Notes: generated by a model from the letters alone, not told the origin. 64,000 nt of DNA from Kudoa neothunni (GCA_964304625.1 OZ199838.1:16021731-16085730); one strand, 5' to 3'. Shown: positions 13,080 to 29,442, counted from the stretch's first letter. Numbers and translations are program-made.

Positions 13080-16000
13080 AACAAATATCGCTGTACATTC
13101 TGTAGAATTAGATTTTTGATGGTTTTATTTTTTTAATATTGTTGGTTTTAACTCTCTAAACTCGCGAATAATTACATCCTCTCACTCGTGGGGGGTGAAA
13201 ATCATTATAAGCTTTTTTTTTCTTAAATTTATTCGAAAAATAATTTTGAATTTACGTGAGATTTTTGGTGGATTCTATCGATAGAATTTGGGGTGTATTC
13301 GCTTGCATTTATTACAAAAGTTAATTTGGTTCGGATCAATTATGTTATCGTGGAATATTTTCAACGAATAATAAGGTTTTTCGTTAACCCTCCCTGTAAC
13401 GATCGCAAAAACAATTTATTTCATTTTTCATTATTAGAAAATACTTTTTTTCGGTATATAAATTATGTATTAAATCTATCGGGGAAGTTTTGGGTAAATT
13501 AAAGTTTGCTAAACCAGTAATCGTCGATTATACGTTAATGTATGGATTCAGACAACTTCGTCACATATCTTTAATAATACATATTGAGGAAACGGCGGTT
13601 ACATTGTGAAATGAAATTCATCTATATAAACTAATTTAATGAAATTTTACTGAAATTCAAACAAACTTTAAAGATAGCTTTAGGGGATATTTTGGGGGAA
13701 TTTTGGAGTGTGTGATTATCCCCTTTTTAGCGTTTTTTTTAGGATTTTTTCGTTGAATGCGACTCTACAAAATCTTATATGCTCTTCTCATCTGAAATAT
13801 ATCAACATTTTCTTCAAAATTATAAAAATTATTTTGTCTTCTAATCCCATATATGATGGTAAAGTGGACTACATAATCCTCTTGTTAAACATTAGTTTCT
13901 ATATTTCACTATCAAGGAATGTGAATGTGATTACAATTCATGCATTTATATGTTTATTTTATTTTTGCATGGTATTATAATAAAAACTAAATAACAATAA
14001 GTCATTATAAATTATAAACGGTTGTTGTTCCGGCGTGTAGAATATTGAAATTTTCTCCATCCTCATAACATCTTTTCATTTTTATTTTATCCTAATTAAA
14101 GCTATATAAGTATTTTTAGTGTTATGAATTTTTATCGTCAAAATGTCACATTATTTGAGGCAATTATTGAGCGTTATTTGATAATTTGTCTTCTGAACTG
14201 TGATTAAGTGTGATTTAAGTAAGTGTGATTATTTATTTGAAAATTTGTAATTAATTTAAATAACAGTTTCTAAAAAATTTGATAGTTGAGAATAATCTTT
14301 AGAAATGAAAATTACTTTAATAGAGTATTATTAATGAATAATTAAATATGTTATACATGTAGGGTGATAATTATTTTTGTTGTTTGATCGATTTTTTATT
14401 CTCCGTTAAATGTAATATATTTTATTTTTTTATTAATTATTTTATTTATTCTTCATATTGTTGGATTTTAATTGAACAAAAAAAGATAAATATTGATTTA
14501 TAGGTTTAATTAAATTAACTAAAACATACAATATTATTCTAACGTTTCTTTGACTCAAATTTAAGTTCAACTTTGAAATTAACTACATATTTTATTTTTT
14601 TAAGTTTTAAATATTTTGGTATATATATATATATATATAGGATTAATTTACTTATTGTATTCTCATGATGTCGAATATTAATACTTATTTGTAACAAACA
14701 AATCTAAAATTAAATGCTATTAATTTGTTATTATTCGAAGATTTTGTTATAGAATCATATTTTAAAATAGAAATCAATATATTTCCTATATGAATACAAA
14801 GTATGATCAATTTTTCTACTAAGACATGATGGCGGTTTCTTTCCTCTTTATTTGAGGTGATGCAAAGGCAGAAATTTTTATTATTGAACAATTTATATTG
14901 AGAAACTGATAGAAAAATAGGAATCGGGATTTTGTGTAACAAGTGATTCTTCAAAGTTGAGTAATACCACATATACATATTTTACCTTTTTTTGTTGAAT
15001 ATTTGTTGAATATTTTATTTGTTTAATATATTTACAATTAATTATACTAACGTTGAGATCGTTTTAAAAACAATACTTTTTACTAATAAATGATATACGG
15101 TGCTAGATTTTTATTGAACTAGAGATAATTGTGAAGTTATTTATAACCATTCTTGAGGATATAAATCCGTCCGTGCGCTGCGATTTTCAGTCATTGGGAT
15201 AATAAAAACTGCTTGTTTTATAGCTGGCAAAAAAACCATCATCTGATAAGTGATCATGTGCATTGGCAGTCGGAATAATGAAAATGACAATCTTAGGAAA
15301 AGATGAATATTATGTTCTTGTGATCATTCATGGGAAACTTTTTAGGAGTTAAAAAAATTATTTTTCAGCTTTAATGATTGAAAAGTTTTTATCCGAATAA
15401 TAAATATCAAGAAAATAGAGCCCGCCTTGAATTATTATACTTTAATAATCAAAATAGGAAATTTAATTTTAAAAATATTATTTAAAAAATGATATATAAA
15501 GCAAACCGGTAATCCGTGTGTGTACGCATTTTTCATTCTTTATAGAGAGACATATCGCTCCATTTGAGCGCACATATAGAAAGATAAAATTTTATTTTAA
15601 CACAGAAAAATATGTAAAAAATTATAAAAAGTTTGTATCATACAAAATGACTAAAAACATTTTCACGTGATACGATTGGTATAATTATAGGATTTATGCA
15701 AACATATGGTCATTTCGTTAAAGTTATAAAAGTGTTTATTTTACTTAAAAATTATTGAAAATTAATTTATTAATTGAATTAGTTTAAATAATGAAGGTAA
15801 TATTAGGTTATGTAGTCAAGAATTAATATAAAATTCATTTTTTGATGTTTAACAAGATTAGTCCTTTTCATATTGTACAATATAGAGATTACTGTAAACA
15901 ACAAGAAGAGAATCGATTTTTTAGGAGCTCTAAAGAAGAAATTTTTAACGCTCAGTAGTGTTTATTCATTTTTAAAAATTTGAAATAAGGTACATGTGTC

Positions 16001-16559
16001 CAATTAGTTTAATAAATCATCAGTTAATTGCGTAATCTTTGTACTATTTATCTAAATACTCTGAATTTACTTTGAACTTCAAATGACCTTGGCCTACTCA
16101 AGGCTTTAGTCTGCATGGCGGGGCTTTTGAGCTATTTAAAAATAAACTAATGTTTGATTGTACCAAATAAGTTTCTTAGTGTTGAACTTTTCTTATATTA
16201 ACGAAAACTTTGTGAAGATACCGGTTAGATCGAATACACCAATAATTTCTTTTTAATTTACATGACACGTATTAAGGGGACTGTATTTTGTGCAGAAGTA
16301 ATCATGAATATAAATTCTTAAACTACACATAGAATACGATGTCACATATTTTCATGAAGCTTTTTCATCATAATAAATTAATTTTAGCGAAAAGAAAATT
16401 ATATAACGATTTGAACATTAATCTCAAGGTCTGGGGCGGGAATAATTAGGTCACTAATAACTTAAATATTATCTAAAAAAATTATCTCATCAAATATATA
16501 TCAACTTATCGAATTAGATATTCCAGCTGATTTGTAAGAAAGTTTAGGAAAACAAAAAA

Positions 16560-17035
16560 ATGAGTAAATACTTATCCAAATAATTAAAACATACCTTCAC
16601 CCTGGTTCCATTATCATAACTGACTACTTCAAAAGTTATGGGACACTCCATAATTTCTATGCCCATCTCACTGTAAATCACAATATAGAATATGTGGATA
16701 GTACCACAGGGGCTCATACAACCTCCAATGAGGGAACGTGGGATGCTATCAAATACAAAATATCACCAGGGAACAGAATATCTTCAACAAATGAAGATGG
16801 TTCTGTCAGTATGGATGGTATCAATGCATTTCTTGGTGAATTTCAAAGGAGACGAAAAAACAATCATGATTTATGAACTGGCTTGTAATCCTCATTAAAA
16901 TTTTTTTAGTCAATATCAAATAGATTTTTATTTTTTTTTATGTTTTCATAATGTTTGTTTTGATTGATGGGCTCATTCCTTTATTAAATCGGGTTAGGGG
17001 TGTATATCAAAGTTCGGCCGAATTTATGGTATACG
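16560..17035 (+). mobile_element. Merlin/ISXO2-like transposase relic (C-terminal part)
   Basis: PGSIIITDYFKSY...HLTVNHNIEYVDSTTGAHTTSNEGTW...FLGEF matches the ISXO2 DDE C-terminal motifs; truncated. Confidence 0.8.
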
Positions 17036-17434
17036 GCAAGCAGGCTAAGCATAACAAATGTAACGTGATCGAAGCACTTGTGAAGACTTGATTATCGAGT
17101 AATTTTTTGCTATCCGTGTCCTATTTATTTGAATATGTCAAGGTTAAACTATTTGGAATATTTGACTATCATTCATTGGCTATACACTCACGAAAAGATT
17201 AAAATGAAATCACTATAAGGACATTTGTTTAAATTTGATCGACTCTACTTTATTGTTGATATAAAAATGTTGCATGTTTGGCCAACTATTCATATAAATT
17301 GCTTTTTTGCTTGTTCCATTATGTTAATTATCTTGTTATAATCGTATTTATCCAATGAATTATTGAGTTAATTTTTTGTGCTTTTAATAATCCATCTTCG
17401 TCTCAATTCTGTTATTCTGATTGTATGCCATAAA

Positions 17435-18907
17435 ATGAATCTATTGTTATTTAAGGTATTTGTTGTGCTATATTTTTCCAATATTTTGTCAGGTATGTAC
17501 AAATTTTCATCCCGTTTTGATTATCTGTTAGATCCTATATTACCCTCTTACGAAAGAGATGAGGGAGATTGGCCTGTCGGTGTAGAAAAAAGTATGGACA
17601 CTGTCATCGATAGATGGTTCATTGACATCCAAGACGCTAAATGCAAACCTCTCGAATACCGAGGAATCAAAGGAAATTATAATAATTTCGCCTCAAAAGG
17701 ATTATGTGAACTTCATAGTATTTTTCTAAATTAATGAAAATTTTTGACCATTTCTAGCGGGGCAGTTGAAGACGAATGAAAAACTTCAAGGGTGCAAAAA
17801 ACCCTATCATCCAGGACATTGCGTAAAAAATAAAAACACAAACCCACAGTTCTATTTTGATCAAACAAAAGCTGATTGTTTTCCTTTTCAATATAATGGT
17901 TGTGGAGGGAGTTTTAATCGTTACGACAATCTAGAAGAATGCAGGTTTTATTGCTTAAGTAAAAAAAATATGAACATTTCTAGTGAATTAAATCATATTT
18001 TGTAGATAAAAGGAATGGTGGGATTACAAATGCTGATGACACCTTAATAAAAAAACTTGAAAATTATACAGTTTACGAAGTTCCGAATACATTAGATTGC
18101 GAACTTAGACCTGATGTTAAAGACAAAGACCCAAGCACAGCAATTATTGCTGATAGAGGGAAAAACAAGTGCGCTTATGCAGCAGTCTCATTAGACTCAA
18201 ACACAAGGGGGATCTTCGGTTCGTTTGGTGAATGTGTTAACAAATGCTTTCGTACATTTTTTTCTTTATATCACCGTCTTATATAATTTAGCATATCCAA
18301 ATTCACGACCTACTGAGAATGGTGTAACGCAATATAACAAGAGAATAGCTGCATGCGACATTGGTCCATCTCAAGTTGCTATAGATAACCCAGATAATCC
18401 CTCAAATGGTGCTGTTGTATTCCGATACTACCATGATAAGGATGATAAGGAGTGTAAACGCATGGAAACAGGACCATCCGCCTTTGATTCAACAAAAAAT
18501 AATTTTCCAACTATGGAAATGTGTCATAGCTATTGCGGAGCAGGTACTCATGTTAATCCGTTAAAAAATTAAATTTAAAGAACTTTAATAGTTATATTTT
18601 TCTAAAAACCTATTTTTATTACGAAATAAATTTAGAGAAATATAAAAAGCAAATTGTGATCGAGGAAACATGTGTTCAACCAAAAAAGGGTTCTTGGACC
18701 AATGAAGGAAACTACAAATTTAAAGTCAAAAGATATTATTATAAAAAAACTGGAAATAAATGCCAGCCATTTTATTACAAGGGTTATGATGGGAATTCCA
18801 ACAATTTTGAAACGTGGGAAAAATGCAAGGCGATCTGTGGTGGTCATTACGACAATGGAGAAGTGGTCACTGAAGCCACTGAGATAGAAGAAGGAGGTGA
18901 TAATTGA
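17435..18907 (+). CDS. Secreted five-Kunitz/BPTI-domain protein
   Basis: Signal exon MNLLLFKVFVVLYFSNILS, then five phase-1 exons each with a Kunitz signature (e.g. CKKPYHPGHC...FYFDQTKADCFPFQYNGCGGSFNRYDNLEECRFYC; YYYKKTGNKCQPFYYKGYDGNSNNFETWEKCKAIC); intact frame to TGA at 18905-18907. Confidence 0.9.
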
Positions 18908-19269
18908 ATTAAAATAAATCACATTTTCTTATTAAAAACATTATAACTATAAAAAATCATGTTTTTACATCTTGAATTTTGTAAATAAAATAGCGCTAAT
19001 GCCCAATTTTGCCTGTTACTGTGTGAAGAAAAATTTTAGCTTTTAGTTTCATTTCTGAATAGAGGAATACTACGGAAGATTTAGTCTAATTTTCACGTTA
19101 AACCCTGTAAATTTTATTTCTCCATTTTTATTTGACAGTGACTATTCTCATGGAAACGAATAACTCCTCCGTTATAGGCGATATTTCAAATCTGACCTCA
19201 TATTTGAATCGAGCTATTTTTAATCTAATTTTTTATGTAAAAATTGTTTGAAATTCAAAGAATAAAAAT

Positions 19270-20160
19270 TCGGTAATGGGGGAGTGTGTAGGAATGTGTG
19301 GCACCTAAAAATCACTACCTCGTGCATGTTCCTGCTTTCTAATTTTCGAGCATGTATAAAGTAAAGCAGGGGTATATTTGATATTAATAGTTACATAATA
19401 TTAAAAAATACCCAATTATAATGAATATATGTTGATTAAATTGGATTCAAATGTTAGAAATCACCCATATACACCTTTAGCTTTGTGTATAGACCCCAGG
19501 TTATGAACCGCTGGTGTAAACCTCAAGGACATAATTATTGGAGGAGAAAACCTAATTTTAGAGATCCTTAAATAAAATTTTGATGAGCTAAAGCATTACG
19601 GAAGACATGCCGTTAATGGAACATGAGTTCTTTGTGGTGAAGAAAGGACACCAGAAAGAAAGATGTTTTTAGTAGATCTCCCTGACAGAACCGTTGAGAC
19701 TCTCATAAAAAGTTATAGCTTACGTTCAGTTCATCAACTCAACTCTATTATCATAATTTATTGCTTCAAAAATGATTGAAAAATCCACAGTTTTTGGTTT
19801 CTGTATTCGTCTCATTTTAAATCACATTCTATAATATGCGTGTATAGTACCACCGTTACTCTTAAAATATCATTGAAAAGACCTGGAATGTTATCCAATA
19901 CAAAATATCACCAAGAAACAGAACATCTTCGTTTAATAAAGAAGGTTCCGTTAGTATGGATGATATCAATTAATTTCTTGGTGAATTTCCATGGAGAAGA
20001 AAGACAAACATTATTAGTGCGGTGATTTATAAATTTATTAAAAAAATTATACTTCAAAATCATATAAATTTATATTTGCTCTGTCTTTCATGGTTTTAAT
20101 GTCGTATCGCGTAAATATTTTGTTAAATTGGAATTGGGAAGCTTATAACAATGTTCAGCC
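19270..20160 (+). mobile_element. Merlin/ISXO2-like transposase relic, same family as the 16.6-kb copy
   Basis: IIGGENLILEI...VLCGEERTPERKMFLVDLPDRTVETL; 19885-20000 aligns by eye with 16740-16860 (aatacaaaatatcacca...agtatggatg...tttcttggtgaatttc); boundaries approximate. Confidence 0.75.
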
Positions 20161-20178
20161 GTTTGTTTTTGTAAAAAA

Positions 20179-22047
20179 TTAATACCGCAAACTTTTTTTA
20201 TAAAAACAATGTTTTCTATTAAGATGCGGGAAGGAGTTCGACCTGTGAGAACACGCACCGATGTCACTATTATTCAACCAGAGTTCGTCAGTGCTGATTG
20301 CAGCAATATGATCGTCAGAATTACGTATTTCTATTAAGTAAAAATATAGTTGGTAGTGGTGTTTATTGCCAAGGAAATTGATTACCCGCATCAGGAAATA
20401 AAAAACAAACTCCCTCAATCATTTCGATAATAATGATTTTCAAGCGTTTTATGAAAGTGATACTGTCAATCGATCCACTCATAGGAAAGAGTACGGGGCA
20501 GAAAACAGTGGCCAAATTTTCCGCGTTCATTTTATTGAAAGGACAATTGAGGGAGACTTTTTTCAAAAGCGCCAAGATTTGCTCCAATGCCCTTAAGTTG
20601 AATAAATTGAATTTTTCAATATAATTTTTTATTGCAGGCAAACGTTGTGATTTTTCCAGCCTAGGGATAGGATAATGTGTGTAAGAGTAATTTATAGTCG
20701 ATCGAATTAAAAAAATAACAAACTCACCCAATCAAATCAAACCAACTATTCATGTCTACCTCTTCAAGCACTTTGGTTGGAAGATGTATGAGATAGTTTT
20801 TCATTACAGCTACAAATATAAAAGGAATAGTTATTTGTGAGGATGTGGAGCGTCTTATATCATACCGCTGACATCATAGACAGTTTCAGTATCCATAAAA
20901 TGAAAATGTCCATTTTTAATATTTTTCTAATCAGAAATAAGTCAATTATTAAATATTCCACTAACTTACAATCATATTTTTGACATTATTGGCACGCCCA
21001 TTTTTCCTGAAAATTCCCTAATTCCAAACAGCTCCAACCGAATATAACCTAAACACATACCTCATATTTCTCGCAGTGATTTCTCTTAAGATGGGATATG
21101 CATTCATCAAGAATGGGAGATGTTTCGATACCGAGCAACTCACAGCATTCAGCCAGTGACATATCGTATTCTGAACTACGTTTCAATATTTGTACGCTGG
21201 AAGTTATTGAAGTTATTGCCTCCTCCAAAGTTGTCACGAACGAAGAGTGATACTGAGTCATTTGATCGAATAGCTGGAGAATATTTCTGGCGCTAGAATC
21301 TTCCACTGAAAAACCTTCAGCTACAGCCATATTGACCGCATCTAATGCATAATCAATTTCGAAACGTTCCGGCCATGTGTCTCTGTTTTCTAGTGTTAAC
21401 AAATACGTATGATTTAAGTAGCACACAACTGAGTATATGGAATAGTTTACTTTTTGATTCGTTGAGCAAATCGAGTGCAATTTTATAGAGAGCAACAATT
21501 TCGTCGTATTTGGTAGATAACAACATGGTGTTCTCGGCCAAAACATTTGCATTGACAGAATTGAGCGATTGTTCGCTATTATGACTTTGAATACGTATGT
21601 TTGAAATTGTGCTGTATATTCGTCTATACACATAATATTATACTCGAATGTATTTTCATTCTAGCCAAGAAATTATGAACTTGGTATGTTTGGAAATATG
21701 TCCACGAAACGTATTCATTATGTCAACTATAAATTCAGGTGAGGGATTTTCCTTGAATTGGTTAGAAAATTTTATTCGAGTTCATTTCATATAATAAAAT
21801 TACGTATAAATATATTGGTACAATTTTTTGGAGCTTTTCAACCAGCTCTCTGTTTTTCATATTACATATAAACATAGGCTGAAGAGCATCCTCTACAATA
21901 AACCTAAAATAGATTAATTTTTTCTACTGTCACCTTCAATAAATCACTCCATTGCATCAATGTTGATTGATTGGGCGCTCTTGGAAACTCCGAGATTTTT
22001 CGGCTTCATAGCATAAAAATATTTCTTTAAGCGTTGGGAGTCAGCAC
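20179..22047 (-). CDS. Rho GTPase-activating protein (RhoGAP domain); 5' exon not firmly located
   Basis: Spliced product has SPILDECISHLKRNHCEKYEGIFRKNG (arginine finger), VYDVSAVMKNYLIHLP and NKMNAENLATVFCPVLF; ~9 short GT-AG introns; in-frame ATG at 22009 and a phase-1 acceptor at 22048. Confidence 0.85.
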
Positions 22048-23880
22048 CTAACAACCCAAAAAATTGCCCAATAATGATAGTTAACAAAAAATAATTAATC
22101 TTCGGTTAATATTTTTTACAATAATTAAGCTTCTAATCACCCATCAAAGAAAAGAGTATTAATACTGATAACAGGTACGAATATTAGCCTGGGCAACTCG
22201 TATATCAACTATAGATTTAAACTATGCTCCAAATATACCCTATCACGCATCCCTCTATAGAACAACCTATCAAAACATTACATCTTTGCTCTAGTAGTAC
22301 AGTGGTTCACCAAATTTATTCGATTATATTTTTCAAGCAATCACCACCATCATCATAGATGGCACTATTGTTCATTAGAGTTTTCTACTAGTGTCCAAAG
22401 TCCAACAAATACAGCACTAATAACCGTTAAGGAGATAATGATTACTACTTACGTTAGAGACCCAGTGCAAATATTAATGATGATAATAGGGGTATAAAAA
22501 TTTGTCAAAGATTTTCAACCTATCCTAGTTTATCTTTTATAAACTAATCAAAATAATCCATTAATACGCCAACAAATTTATTTTAATTTTATAATAATAC
22601 AAAAATAAATATTCCATATTATAGATCAAAAGATCATCACCTTATCACTGTTAATGTTGACTTCACTTCAAGGAATAATTAATTAATTTTTTTTATTACA
22701 ATAATATTTAAATTGTCGTTTTAATGTATTTATGTGCAGAATCGTATTTTATCAGAATTCTATTATATGTACAAAATGGATGTTGTACACATTATTTATG
22801 ACCTCTATCGATACTGAACAATTTAGGACGAATTAAATAATAATCAGCAACGCCCATATGATTACAATTAATGATAATTTTTTAATTTTAAGAAATAATC
22901 ATAACCATGTTATTAATACAAATCGTTAACAGAATAAAAAACGTTATTACGACGATTACAAATAATATGAACCAATAATATCAGGTGCAGTGATGGATCG
23001 GTCGTATGTCGTATGTAATCCCCCGGGGATGGGGTTTTTGGTACGTATTATCGATCTCGGTCGGATAATATTTGATTTTCATAGGTTTCTAGGGCCGAAT
23101 TTAAAAAAAAGTCATTAAAATGGGTAAAAATAAAAAATAATGAATTTTAGCTTGAATACGAAACATGAAACTGATTCCTGTCCAATGAAGGTTTACCCCA
23201 CCTCGACCTCGATACAATAACAACGATTCCAATCATAAGTGAGTTAAGATGTTTAACTAACAACAGGTTCTTGTATCAAGATTTAGTATATTTCATTTTT
23301 GATGCCTCAAATGGGATTGCGAACGACTTGTCTTCTATTGTATAATTCAAAAAAACCGCGATATCGTTTATGTTTTTGTTGTAAATAGGAATTAAAATTT
23401 TTCAATCATGAAATTCATAGTTTATCAATTTAGTCGTAATCAATTCGTGTAGATTTTAATAAGGCGTTTATTTTCCGAGTTTTAAATTTTGTGTTTTTTA
23501 ACACTATTTGGATATAAATACATAAGGGTACAAAATACTACCATACGTCTAAGTAATTGTGATTATTGCTTCATATTTTAAGATTATTCTTCTATTTTTT
23601 TAAAAACTTTCCGAAAAAAGTGATTAAAACCGGGAAGTCACGTGAGTAACAATCTGGAAATTTCTCCACCTTATTATATCATTTAGATCTAATTTATTTA
23701 ATAAAGACATTCAACAAATATTATATATCGATTGTATATTTGATTATTAAAAATGTGTTGCTTTTTAAAAAGCTACATCTAAAATCAAATATATGCCTAA
23801 AAATATTAATATGATAATTTAAGTGAAGTGTGAAGTGTGAAGCTCACCAAAATCGGTTACCTACTGTATGTACTATGTAC

Positions 23881-23929
<49 letters not shown>

Positions 23930-24987
23930 CAGAGGTGGCCAGACTTGCCAAGATCGGGAGCCAACTTTATGAGTGCTCAAATTTTCAAGAGCCACAAGAT
24001 ATTAAAATCATTTATGTACCCTTTCCTTAGTTTAAACTTACATTTTTTAAAGATATTTAATAAATATTAAGATAAGATGTTGTAGAATAATAAATAAAGT
24101 TGTTTTAATTTTTTCTTATTCATTGAATCACTGGGAAAGTAACATATAACTTGTACAGGTATAATTTATGATGGTTCTTCCAAAAAAGTAAATTAATAGT
24201 TAATAATCCAAGAAACTAGTTCTCATTGAAATGGTAGGTAGCAAAATTAATGGAATATTTTTCATATTTACTCATATATGGTAGTCAGATAAAAAATAAA
24301 ATTAAATATTTACGAATAAAATAATAATTAATAATAAAAGTATTTCATGTTATGAGAAATTTTTTCTAATGTTACAAGTCCTTTATTTTTCCTTATTATC
24401 AGTGAGCTGACGGTAACAATAATCTGGTTCGTACGCTGTTAACGCTGTGCGAATTAGTTCCGTCAGGTGTTTGCTTGTGGGGAAGAGTTCCCGATGCTTC
24501 GATTGTACAAACATTAATGTTGAATAAATAAACTCATAACCATAAATTGTTCCAAATTTAGCAACACATTTGAAACGACTTTCATTTAATTTGGAATATT
24601 TAGTTTCTAGAATGTATTTCCATAATTCGATCAAAGAGGTGGAATCATGTTTAAAGCTTTAACATGTGTTTTATTCTTTCGATGTCTATCACTTTGGTAA
24701 TGAATAAACACTAGTTCTAATTGTATTTCCTAAGGAAACTAGTAATAATTCTAATATGCATCAAATATTAAAACTATATGGTAATTTGTAGCTATGTTTT
24801 CTAATAAAAAATATTATCTGGTTTACGATTAAAGAGTTCATTTCTTCACCTGATCCTGATCCTGATTAAGTATTTCAAACTTTGTACTTTTGTGAATAAA
24901 CGTTATCGTGAATTAAAAAAATTAAACTAAAAAATTTTTGTCCAGAGTCACTGTATAACGTTCCAAGACCACATGCGACCGCCCCTG
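23930..24987 (-). mobile_element. hAT (Buster/SPIN-like) deleted element with transposase C-terminal relic
   Basis: TIR-like ends CAGAGGTGGCC... and ...GACCGCCCCTG; ORF 24383-24634 KFGTIYGYEFIYSTLMFVQSKHR...HLTELIRTALTAYEPD resembles the hAT dimerisation domain. Confidence 0.75.
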
Positions 24988-25973
24988 ATATGTATAAAGT
25001 GGAAGTGCCAGCAATTTCGCATATGCATCCAAATTTTTTCAAAATCACAATGTTTCAAAAAACCTTAGAATCGTTTTCACACTACCAAATGTCCCCAAAC
25101 GTGTTTAGATAGTGGTGATTTTGTCGATTCAAAGTTGGTTTATCGGATCACCTTAGTTCAACAATAGGATTAACACCGGCTAATGCCATGATGAAGTTAA
25201 CATTCTCCCTTATATTTATATGCTCTATTAATGTCGATTGAACGATACCATCTATATTTTATATTTATGTATAAGGATGGCGTTTGTACAAATACACTCC
25301 TTATAATGTAGTTGCCTTGATAAAAAGTCTATATTCACACTATTAATAGCGAGTTGATGGTGCATGTTGTAATCAGAAAGAGTGATGCATTATTACAATG
25401 GATATACTGTTTTCATTTAAACCGTCCGCTAAGTTTGAATTTCCGTGATTAAATTCAATGTCGATGGTTGTACTTTTACTTCACCCAATTATTTAAATTC
25501 TTTATGTCGAAGTTGAGGCGAATTGTAGTTGTTTATGGGGAAAAGTGCATTGAAGTTCTTGCCGGGGGCCAAGGGATATTAATTTGAGCAATCAAAATTA
25601 ATTTTCGTCTATCTCAATATTTTTTCTATTTATTTGTCTCCCCTAAACAGTGGTGCATAAACTTTCTGATCCGTACCAAAAAAAAACACTTTAAACACCA
25701 CATTAAGGGAGTTTAAATAATTCGGGGATACAAACTAAATACGACACTGACGTTAAAATATTTAATTTTGATGCCGGCCCGAAGTTTTTAAATGAACTCC
25801 GTGATTGGTATACTCCTTCACAGAAATGATCATAATTTAAATTTCATATTCACAGTCGTTAAAATATAATGCTTAAAAATTGTTCTTTTAGTTTGATTGA
25901 ATCTATAGGTTAATTTGAAATATTAATATAATTTTTTAACGTTACTAAGAAACGTATCTATGCGAAATCTTCC

Positions 25974-26001
25974 CCAAGCAACGCTGGGCAGTACCTACTA
26001 G
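25974..26001 (+). mobile_element. Helitron 3' terminus
   Basis: Hairpin CCCAAGC-AAC-GCTGGG followed ~9 nt later by CTAG|T, the canonical Helitron 3' end; 5' end not identified. Confidence 0.55.
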
Positions 26002-26160
26002 TAATTTAGTTTACAATTTATAGGTTGTTCTTAATTATTGCTAATTTATTAATTATTATTAATTATGATTTAGGACAAACAAATAAGATTATAATCACGC
26101 CATTATCGGCACAACAACATATAACAATATAAGAAATATTAATTTTGTGTGTGTGTGTGT

Positions 26161-28125
<1,965 letters not shown>

Positions 28126-28135
28126 TAGTCGAATT

Positions 28136-28163
28136 TGCGCATGCGAATAGTTGTTTGCGCACA
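28136..28163. promoter_or_regulatory. NRF1-like GCGCATGCG motifs upstream of PSMC2
   Basis: TGCGCATGCG 10 nt upstream of the ATG plus TGCGCACA; similar motifs lie upstream of POLR3H (12081) and SLC25A32 (46003). Confidence 0.5.
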
Positions 28164-28721
28164 TATTCCCTCATTTAACTTACTCCTACTCCAATATCCA
28201 ATCCAATATTGTGATTTTTATTGTTATTTTGTAGGATGGCTAATTAATAAGGAATGCAAAATTTTATTATTTATTCAACTAATAAAGTTTTATTGTAGTT
28301 TTTTTGGATAATAAAAAATAATTTTTCTTTAATTCTTAGAATAAACGCGCCATTTTTATTACCATTTTTTTTCTTCCAAAAAATTTTTTATGAGGTTTCA
28401 ATTTTGTGTTGAATGAATAGAAATGTCTAAGTGAGCGTTATTTGATGTTTACATTATTGACGAAAAACAGAAATTTCTATGATGTTAGATTAGATATGTT
28501 AGATATGTTAGATTAGATATGTTAGATATATGTTAGAGGCGATTCGAAACGTCAACAACTAGCTAATCTAACTAACTAATACGGGTACCCTGCCCTGCTT
28601 TTCGGATATCAACTTGTTAAATTATGAGCTTTATCGCTAACACAAGGTCTTTGTTTTATAGTTTTGCGACTGTACTACTTATTTTTGTTGTTAAGCGCTG
28701 CCTAAATTGGACTTTTATCTC

Positions 28722-28754
<33 letters not shown>

Positions 28755-28773
28755 TTGATACACATTACAATTA

Positions 28774-29235
28774 CCCCCTCGAACCCCGAATTTAATTTAG
28801 TGGATGAAAATTCTGTTGCTCATAATGTTTAATTTTAAGTAGTTTCATATAAAATATCGAAAAATTAGAGCTGTCATTTCAAAAATTAAAAAGATACACG
28901 CATGGTGCCAAATTTTTTAACATTGGGAAGGGGCTTATTTTAATATGCGAGAATGCGCACTTATTTTTGTTAATTTGTTTTTAACCAAGAAATTACCCTC
29001 TCACCGTCAGAAATGCAATATTAAATTATTTATTATAATTTTGATAGTTCGAAATTTAGTTTTTCGCATTCATTGTCTAATTTAATCGGTAGTCATCTTA
29101 CTCCCCATTATTAGAACTGTATTCGGATACAATACCATCGTATTGACTATATAAAATAGAATCCGATTACAGTTTAACGTCTGATTTGTGCCTATCTGGT
29201 AATAATATGATTTTTAGAAAGTATGCTCTATTTAT
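28774..29235 (+). mobile_element. Truncated copy of the piggyBac-type MITE at 59557-60575
   Basis: Collinear similarity: gaaccccgaatttaatt..., ttaaaaagatacacg..., cattgtctaatt...ggtagtcatctta...tagaactgtattcg...ggtaataatatga. Confidence 0.8.
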
Positions 29236-29442
29236 TCCCGCTAAAACATGGATAATGCCAAAGTCGGTATATTTCGCGAGTATTCGGGCAGAAATTGGTA
29301 ATAATATAAAAAGCATATTTATTAATGTAAATAAATTTGATTAATTACAAATGTATATTCTGGGAGTATATCATTTTTAATGTTTTTTTTAATTGGTATT
29401 CGACTTAATCATAACCCATTAATCCTGATTTTTTGTTGGCTA

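Noticed and set aside
9914-14978. Short track ORFs (9914-10102, 10278-10484, 13293-13502, 13708-13980, 14685-14978) and antisense ORFs over real genes
   Set aside because: They are low-complexity I/F/L/K-rich translations typical of AT-rich non-coding DNA or shadow frames, with no motifs or exon structure.
25050-25630. Fourth Merlin copy suggested by IEIDE on the minus strand
   Set aside because: Downstream ISXO2 motifs could not be found; left unassigned.
28455-28580. Possible hammerhead ribozyme / Penelope end (TTGACGA...CGAAACGTC)
   Set aside because: The core CTGANGA is imperfect, it is interrupted by a GTTAGATAT repeat, and the stems are not supported.
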